Positions 57,022 to 64,000 of a stretch of DNA of 64,000 nt are shown here, in pieces; position 1 is the first letter of the stretch; the number at the start of each line of letters is the position of its first letter. This stretch comes from Candidatus Bathyarchaeota archaeon (GTDB taxonomy: Archaea; Thermoproteota; Bathyarchaeia; Bathyarchaeales; Bathycorpusculaceae): the NCBI GenBank assembly GCA_963827165.1, contig CAWGZR010000005.1, forward strand, positions 906,560 to 970,559, written 5' to 3'. The notes below the pieces were generated by a model. The model was not told the DNA's origin and ran no database searches. It saw only the letters and a program-made list of their open reading frames with translations. A program made the position numbers and the translations under genes.

Positions 57022-57082
57022 CACTTTTTAAATACAGTTTCCTCTGATCTCATTCTTTATAAGAATAAGGAGAAAAACAAAA

Positions 57083-59688
57083 ATGTCTATTGAGTTCTTT
57101 ATTAGGAATTCTGAGAATCATGGAAAGCAGAAACTATCAGTAATTTCTTTGATTCTGTTGTTGACAATTTCCGGGGCAGTAATAGCTTTACCAACGACAA
57201 AAGCCCAGACCGCAACTTCTCCTTTGCCTACGAATGCCTTTTGTAATGTTTCGCCGAACCCCGCAGGAGTCGGCGAGCAGGCGACCATAGAAATGTGGTT
57301 GGCAAGCCAACCCGACTGCATTTGGTGAGGTAGGAGGAAGATGGCAGGGCTTCACAGTATTGATTACAACGCCCAGCGGGACAACCACAACATTAGGACC
57401 GTTCACAGCCAATGACGCCTCATTCTACGTGACATACTACACACCTGCTACTGTTGGTAACTACACCTTTAAGTTCAATTTTCCAGGGCAGCACGTAACT
57501 GGGTTTTCATTCGTAACTGACCAACCAATCAACAATTATTTTGCAGGGAGCAGTTTCACCACATCCCTTTCGGTGCAGCAACAACCAGCGTCATCTTATT
57601 CACAAACTCCGCTTCCAACATCATACTGGACCCGCCCAATAAATTCACAAAATAGTTTATGGGCTGCAATTTCAGGAAATTGGCTGGCGTTAGGAACATC
57701 AACTTTTGGATCAACAAACTACAACTCGACGGGAAACTTCAATGCATACAGCACCGGACCCGGAAGTGCTCACATACTGTGGTCTAAGCCAGTGGAGAAC
57801 GGAGGCCTAATCGGAGGCGAATTCGGCGGAACCGATACAAGCAACTACTTCACGGGAAAGTCTTATCAAATGGAGTTCACACCGCCAATAATTATCAACG
57901 GCGTACTTTTCTACAATGCTCCTACGAATCCTAAAGAAGGTTTCTACGCTGTAGATTTGCAAACGGGACAACAATTATGGTGGCAAAACAGCACCGGCGC
58001 ACCGTACCAACCTTTTGGCGGCATGGTGGTGGGCTGGGCATACCCTGATCTTACGCTTGGTCAGACCTATAACTATCTGTCACCCAACATGGAAGGAGGT
58101 TTGCCCTACTTGTGGTCAACTGACACAAATACGTGGTACATGTATGACGCCAACACGGGAAACCTGATATTACAAATGACAAATGCATTAAGCCCAACGG
58201 AGGATTCACAACTGACAGTTGAAGGACCTAACGGCGAACTCCTTGACTACATCGTAGGAACTGGTTGGATAGCTTTGTGGAACTCGTCACAGGCCATCGG
58301 AACATTCGGCGAATATACGCCACCGATCTCGCTATTTAGTACAAACTACTGGGTCTGGAGTCCACCAACTGGAGCAAGTCTTAACTGGGAACGGGCATCC
58401 AATGGAACATTACCAGTCAAACTTACCCAGGCGAGGCAATAGTAGACGTCAATTCAGGAATAATACTTACAAGCACAGATACGGGAGTTGGCAGCTTTTT
58501 GGCGCCTCCCACCGTTAGCTACGCAATCGAAGTAGGCTACAGCGCAACAACAGGGAATCAACTATGGATTCAAAATGTGACACTACCATCTGGACCCACA
58601 ACTGGGTTCAACTACGAAATGGGACCAATGGCTGACGGCATATTCACAGTATACGATGCATTTGCTGAGCAGTGGTATGCATATAACGCCAACACAGGCC
58701 AAAAGATATGGGGCCAACTACAGCCGATGCATATCCATGGGGTTCAGAGCCTTGTCCGTGGCAATCCCAAATTGCTTATGGAATTCTGTATGGATTTGCT
58801 TCAGATGGGGTTCACGCCTTTGATTTAACAACTGGCAAGCCACTTTGGACTTTCAACGGAATTAACAGTGGAACGAATTTTCCTGGATTCAATTACTATC
58901 CTTTTGAGCAAGCTACAATGACCGTTGCTGACGGAAAACTCTACTTGAACACAGGCGTTAGTCATGGGGACCCAGTTTTTGATGGCGCCCAACTTTACTG
59001 CGTAAACGCTACTACTGGAAAACTAATTTGGAACATAAACACATTCGGTGAAGGAGACATGCCTATTTCAGACGGCGTTCTCGTAGCTCTAAACGGCTAC
59101 GACAACCAGATATACGCTTACGGGCAGGGCCCAAGCAAAACAACTGTTAATGCACCACAGGTTGGCGTTACAACATCGACACCAGTGACGATCACCGGTT
59201 CAGTTACAGACATCTCCTCTGGCGCATCGCAGAATGCGGTTGCCGCGAACTTCCCCAACGGGTTACCATGCGTTTCAGACGCAAGCATGACGGCCTTCAT
59301 GGAAGCAGTCTACATGCAGCAGCCAATGCCAACCAACATAACCGGCGTTCCAGTCACACTATTCGTCCTAGACTCCAATGGCAACTACCGATCAATCGGC
59401 ACAACCACAACCAACGCGCAAGGCGAATACGGCTTAACATGGACCCCTGACATCGCAGGCAATTACACGGTCACCGCAGTCTTCGGAGGCACACAATCAT
59501 ACTACGGATATTCAGCCTCAACCTACTTCTACGCAGGCGCTCCAGCGGCAACACCAGCGCCCAGCACAACACCACTCAGCGGCTTAGCCTCAAACACCAC
59601 AGTCATGTACGCAGTCGTCGCAATGATCATTGTATTCATCATAGGCATCGTCATAGTCGCACTGCTCGTGACAAGAAAACACCCATAA
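57083..59688 (+). CDS. PQQ-type beta-propeller surface protein (paralog 5; frameshifts)
   Basis: Four ORF pieces with family motifs; ends in TM plus RKHP. Confidence 0.82.
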
Positions 59689-59739
59689 ACGACAAAAAAC
59701 CAACACCAAATCCTCTTCCCTTTTTTTAGTCCTATAGAA

Positions 59740-59833
59740 AGTTACATTCAAAATAGCTGCAATTGAAGAGATTGCATTTTTTCTTTTTCTCCTAAAAGAA
59801 CTTTTCTTTCGTAGTTTCCAGAGCAGCAAACCC
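59740..59833. mobile_element. Module C copy (left end truncated)
   Basis: gttacattcaaaatagctgcaattgaagag...tagtttccagagcagcaaaccc, close to 51037-51135. Confidence 0.7.
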
Positions 59834-59882
59834 AAAATCGCTCAGCAAGCCACGGTTGACTTTTTCAATTCGGCAAAATGAA

Positions 59883-59904
59883 AGTTGGCGCCTGGGAAGG
59901 GATT
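59883..59904 (-). repeat. tRNA 3'-end repeat (module B), left copy of a direct repeat
   Basis: agttggcgcctgggaagggatt; the reverse complement ends ...CCCAGGCG-CCA. Confidence 0.75.
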
Positions 59905-59909
59905 TCTTC

Positions 59910-60449
59910 CTAGTTTAACTGCGAGTCATCGATTTCTTTTATTATTCTTGCCAGCAATTTTGGTTCGATTCTGAACCCTTTGCGAACCAGAGTTAGCATT
60001 ATTTCCTTTGCCTCTTTTTTATCCAATATTCCGTGTCGCAGAGACGTCATTATCACGTAGATTACGCCTTTGACTTTTAGCCCCCAAGCTTCAGCAAATG
60101 CTCACCTAGATTCATCAATTAAAAGTAGCGTTTCCTTGCCCATTCTGCGAGCTAAAGCTATAGCCTGCGCTTCACCCATATGAAGTTCAAATGCGTGATT
60201 CGTCATTTCGAGCACAGTTCGACTTCTTTTTCATCAAGCATTGTTATTTTTATCCAGCCTTGATCAACCGCCTCTTTGATTATCAAAGCATCGCTGAACC
60301 CTTCTTGCAGACCTGTTGCAACGGCTTCTTCGAAACTTCTTTTGGATCAAAACTCATCAAAAAGGTCTCTGAGTAGATCAAGTTTGCCCATTTTTGAGAG
60401 CCATATTAGCGGACTGGTGTTGGAGATGGTGCAAATTTCTGTGCTCCAA
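59910..60449 (-). CDS. DUF3368-type PIN toxin (frameshifted)
   Basis: SNTSPLIWLSK.G.LDLL..LF, LH.GEAQAIALA, LLIDE, GL.V.G and GFRI in shifting frames. Confidence 0.75.
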
Positions 60450-60767
60450 TTAAGACTTGAGGTCTTCCTCTAGGCTTGTCAGAATACTGGATGAGAACTC
60501 CTTTTTCTGCCAATATTCTATAGAACGCCCATAGGGACACTCCTCCTAGTTGGGCTGCCTTCCAACCAGTGACTTGACCTGCACGATAGAGTTCACTCGC
60601 CTGTTCCGGGCCTTTCTCTTTAACTCCGTGCTCCAGTAACTCGCGTATGAGCGTTGATCTGTCTTTCCCTTCTTTCTAGCTATTTCACGAAGTTTCCTTG
60701 CTGTTGCAGGAGGTAATCTTAGCGTGATTGTTTCTGAAATGGCATCCTGTAATACAGTAGATATCAA
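60450..60767 (-). CDS. RHH/UPF0175-type antitoxin (frameshifted)
   Basis: TITLRLP...LREIA, GVSLW.F...L...G...Y....EED. Confidence 0.65.
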
Positions 60768-60812
60768 ACGTATCCTATAAACTTCACCAAAATCCTATGA
60801 CCATAATTTTGG

Positions 60813-60850
60813 AGTTGGCGCCTGAGAAGAGATTCGAACCCAAAATTAAT
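60813..60850 (-). repeat. tRNA 3'-end repeat (module B), right copy of a direct repeat
   Basis: agttggcgcctgagaagagattcgaaccc; 20/22 identical to 59883-59904. Confidence 0.78.
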
Positions 60851-60889
60851 CTGGTGTATATCTGTACTTAAAAGGTTAAAACCGCGTTA

Positions 60890-60948
60890 TGGACTGGGGG
60901 GATTTGAACATCTGACCTCTTGAGTACAAGTCAAGTGTTCATAGCAGC
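60890..60948 (-). pseudogene. tRNA-Ala-like relic lacking its 5' third
   Basis: Reverse complement: ...ctatgaaca-CTTGA-cttgtac-TCAAG-aggtc-agatgttcaaatcccccc-agtcc-a. Anticodon arm intact, T stem broken, no 5' acceptor strand. Confidence 0.7.
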
Positions 60949-61021
60949 AGAATTCGCGATTCTCCGTTTTGCAGAAGCTTAAAGTACTACGCCTGTACTA
61001 CCATCATTGGTGAATCCGCGT

Positions 61022-61311
61022 TTGAAAGAAGAAGTAAGGCGACTCGAAAGTACCAGGTTACTATACCTGAAAGTGTCCGATCCAAACTTGGCGTAAGAAT
61101 TGGCGACAAACTCATTGTAAAGTCTGAAAACAAACGCATAATAATGGAATCTCCAAAACGAGTCTCCAACCCCTCTGATGCGCTCTGGAACCTTTTTGGC
61201 AAACCAATCGATATTGACGCAACCAAACTCATTGAAGAATCTTGGAAAAAGACCGCCCTCCCAAACCAAAAGAAACTGGGTTGTGAAAAGCGAAAGGAAG
61301 CTGCAGATTGA
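61022..61311 (+). CDS. AbrB/MazE-family antitoxin (start uncertain)
   Basis: Manual translation ATRKYQVTIPESVRSKLGVRIGDKL; the stop overlaps the vapC start. Confidence 0.8.
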
Positions 61312-61718
61312 GCTACTACGTGGACACCAACATCTTTGATTATTCAGCTCTAGCACACCCCGTTTACGGCAAGTGTTGTAAACAAATAATCGATGATATC
61401 CAGAATGAGAAGATTGACGCTTTCTGTGGTTTTCTGGTTCCGATAGAACTCCTAGGTTCCCTATCCAAGATAGATCCTGCAAAAGCGGCAATCGCTCTTG
61501 ATGCATTCTTTTCTTTGCCGATAGAGATGATACAGATCGATGAACGAGTTCTTCAAGACGCAGCGACCATTATGCTAGAATCAGGCGTTACCTATGACTC
61601 TGTACATGCCGCATGCATGAAAAGGCAAGGCTTAGACACCATAATAACTGAAGATATAACAGACTGGAAAAAAATAAAACCCATCAAAGTCATAAGGCCC
61701 CTTCAGTATCAAAAATAA
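61308..61718 (+). CDS. vapC: PIN-domain (VapC) toxin
   Basis: YVDTNIF...E...YDSVHAA...IITED. Confidence 0.88.
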   Translation: MSYYVDTNIFDYSALAHPVYGKCCKQIIDDIQNEKIDAFCGFLVPIELLGSLSKIDPAKAAIALDAFFSLPIEMIQIDERVLQDAATIMLESGVTYDSVHAACMKRQGLDTIITEDITDWKKIKPIKVIRPLQYQK

Positions 61719-61739
61719 ACAAGCAACGATATTTTCCGA

Positions 61740-61765
61740 GCGGACTGAGGGAGATTAGAACCGTA
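61740..61765 (-). repeat. tRNA 3'-end repeat (module A, degenerate)
   Basis: gcggactgagggagattagaacc, 21 bp after the vapC stop. Confidence 0.55.
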
Positions 61766-62054
61766 GGGTTCAGACCACACTGCACAGAAAGCGAAAATTA
61801 CCCTGAAATCGCCGAAAATGATTTCGGCGACATTATGTTGTCGTGAGGAGAATGGTAGTCGTGTATTCGTCTTAAGACTCGGTTGTTGATATCAACAAAA
61901 GAATTTTCGCTTCTGCGTTCTCCCTTTTCTTTTTCTTGTTTCGATGCAGAAATCGAATCTTTGACTTTCGCTAAATAAAGCAGAGGTTAGGTACGCCTAA
62001 TAATGGGAAAAGGCCATGGTCATAAGAGCTACCTTAATCTTCCCTCAAATTCAG

Positions 62055-62836
62055 TTACTGTGTACCAATTGAGCCACCGACTTGAAATGATTGAGTGGAT
62101 AGCAGAAAAAGCCATGCGGAAGTTAGGGATAAAATGCCAACAGGAATCAAATAAAGAGCAGTGTAAGGTGCTAAGAGCACGTACCCGTTCGCCGCATTTA
62201 GCCCAACTGAACCAAACACTCCAATTATTACATTCATAATTAATGCTATGACACCAAGGGATAGAATCCATAATGCAATCTTTGTTGAGAGTCGAAATTT
62301 AGTTTGTTTAGTTCTTCCAACTAATAGAATTAACAATCCCGCTAATGGCAGAATCGAAAGAATATTCGCGAATTTCCCGGATTACTCCACCAAGACAGCC
62401 GAATGAATTGAAATACCGTGAGAGTGGATGCAAGATCCGGTCTGCCTCAGTAACGACAACAAGACCAAGAGAAGCTATTGAAAGTAATGTTATTCCTGCA
62501 ACCGAGTTTGCTCTCTTGAACTCTGGCACGCCAACTGCCGATTTACGCATCCTCATTTTTACTCCCGCTATCACAGCGGCTATTCCAGCAAAATAGGCAA
62601 AATAAAGCATCCAACGCAAGGTGAAAATTTGAAAATGCGTATAATAGAACTCAAACATTTCAACCGTGTAAAATGCGACCAAACCTAAGCCAATGATAGC
62701 AAAACTATTCCGCCAATTCGGAGCAATGATTTGCTTGTTAAAGCAGCTGTATTAGGTTTACTTTCAGAAATACTTGCTTTATTCGGCTGTTCGGGAAGCC
62801 AACCCCTAACCTTTTGCTCTATATGCTTAGCTTCAT
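62055..62836 (-). CDS. Multi-TM hypothetical protein (frameshifted)
   Basis: KVRGWLPEQP N-terminus plus TM-rich ORFs 62308-62682 and 62055-62336. Confidence 0.55.
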
Positions 62837-62957
62837 GCTTTCAACTCCGGGATAAGTTTACTGAAAATCATGTGGGCTAGCTTGGCTGGGTGAACATTGG
62901 CTACTTCCTGATGTTTAGTCCTCTTTCTCTGCCGATATCCATTAGGTACCCCCGTGT

Positions 62958-63311
62958 TTATTCAAGAAAGGCTTGGTCGGATTCTTCGGGGTTGTCGTGC
63001 CAGTACCAGACTTTTAGGCCGTGGTTGGTTGTGTAGGTGATGATGGTTTTGCGTTTCAGTGATGGGTGGTAGCCGAGGAGCATGGCTTGTTTTGGGTACA
63101 GCTTTGTCACTTGGATGTCGTTGACTTGTGCCACGTCTAGGAGTGTGGTTGCAAGTTTAGCTTCTGCGGCTAATCTGGTTTGGTTGACGTATTGTCGTGT
63201 CGTTTTGAGTTTGTCAGCTATATTTGCGACTGAGAAGCCTTTGCTGATTAGTGACCAAATGGCTTTTTGACTTTGACTCAACGGTGAAGAAACTGAGCAA
63301 CTTGGGCACAT
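62958..63311 (-). CDS. HTH DNA-binding protein (probably extends further via a frameshift)
   Basis: LSQSQKAIW...G.SVANIADKLKTTRQYVNQ. Confidence 0.6.
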   Translation of the reverse strand: MCPSCSVSSPLSQSQKAIWSLISKGFSVANIADKLKTTRQYVNQTRLAAEAKLATTLLDVAQVNDIQVTKLYPKQAMLLGYHPSLKRKTIITYTTNHGLKVWYWHDNPEESDQAFLE

Positions 63312-63397
63312 CGTTTATCAGTAAATATAAATATATTTACAAGTATTTAAAATTTGTTAATACACCTTGTCGAGGGAAAAGGTCAAGGTTCTTGTAA

Positions 63398-63455
63398 CGC
63401 GGAACCGATTTGAATTCCAAACTTGATTAAATCTCTATGGATTTGAACCCTTGAC
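63398..63455 (-). repeat. Module B copy
   Basis: gatttgaattccaaacttgattaaatctctatggatttgaaccc aligns with 51210-51252. Confidence 0.65.
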
Positions 63456-63777
63456 TTTCTGCTAATCGGCGCGCGGTTGAATGACCGCCGACTACGGCCA
63501 AATTTGGGAAAATGGGAAAATACCGGACAGCGCAATTTTCGGTTCATTGAGAAGCTCCTTGAAAATGTTGTTGAGATTCTGAATGGAAGCTGGAAAAGTG
63601 GTCTGCACGGAACTTTCTGACGGCTAAAAGCGCGCTGGAGCTGTTCAATTAAAGCCTTAGTCTGCATAAAAACTGAGCAACTGAGAAAAAGAATAATTCG
63701 AGTGGGCGGGGCTCCAATTTCACTTACTTTTGCCTTCCAATTCGCGCGTTAGCTTGCCCATGTCGAGACGCCCAAGT

Positions 63778-64000
63778 CGCCTCTGCAGCGTTTGCAGTCA
63801 CAACTTACACGCCTACTCAAACCGGAAATTACACGCTGAAGTTCAGTTTTCAGCCAGGCCAAGCAACCGAAGGATACGATATCACCACCGCATCATTTAT
63901 TGATTGGTTTTATTCAGCAAGCAGTTATAGCACAATACTCACAGTGCAAACCCACCAGCGTCAACACTTTCTCAAACTCCACTACCGACAAATTACTGGA
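63778..64000 (+). pseudogene. 5'-truncated sixth beta-propeller paralog (continues past the window)
   Basis: TTYTPTQTGNYTLKFSF.PG...LTVQ...QTPLPTNYW. No signal peptide or PxPVGVG segment upstream. Confidence 0.7.

Noticed and set aside
20479-59688. PQQ-dependent dehydrogenase function for the propeller family
   Set aside because: Only the blade repeat is recognisable. I found no catalytic signature and no pqq genes in the window.
3328-62836. Programmed frameshifting or phase variation in split genes
   Set aside because: Indels hit unrelated genes throughout the window without other decay, which fits long-read errors. Read polishing is needed before any biological claim.
31961-63455. CRISPR array or functional tRNA genes (ATTTGAAC-containing repeats)
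   Set aside because: Copies are degenerate and irregularly spaced with genes between them, and there are no cas genes. None forms a full cloverleaf.
31961-63455. Canonical integron attC sites
   Set aside because: I saw no consistent RYYYAAC...GTTRRRY palindromic architecture and no intI. The repeats are tRNA-like instead.
63383-63720. Transposase or integrase remnant
   Set aside because: The ORF is basic, but no DDE or tyrosine-recombinase motif is discernible, and it overlaps repeat module B.

Overview
This is an archaeal window, most likely from Bathyarchaeia. That assignment is inferred from the DGGGP synthase, Lrp/TrmB regulators, TATA promoters and an expanded family of PQQ-type beta-propeller surface proteins. 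Many genes carry single-base frameshifts that look like long-read assembly indels. The left third holds an ECF transporter, a glutaminyl cyclase, lipid genes, a TPR-AAA pair and a putative 7-gene lipid/surface-modification operon with an SDR-adenylation fusion. The rest is an accessory region with five full and one 5'-truncated large membrane-anchored beta-propeller genes (three divergently paired with a regulator, one with a long structured leader), three PIN toxin-antitoxin pairs and several tiny metal-binding ORFs. The most unusual signal is non-coding. From about 32 kb to the end, the intergenic DNA holds about 15 co-oriented, degenerate tRNA 3'-end fragments (T-loop plus acceptor strand, some with CCA). 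They sit in a modular dispersed repeat that also includes a roughly 120-bp MITE-like unit. These fragments bracket 1-2-gene units like att sites of a cassette array; in one case a 22-bp direct repeat flanks a TA pair. No integrase is visible in the window.
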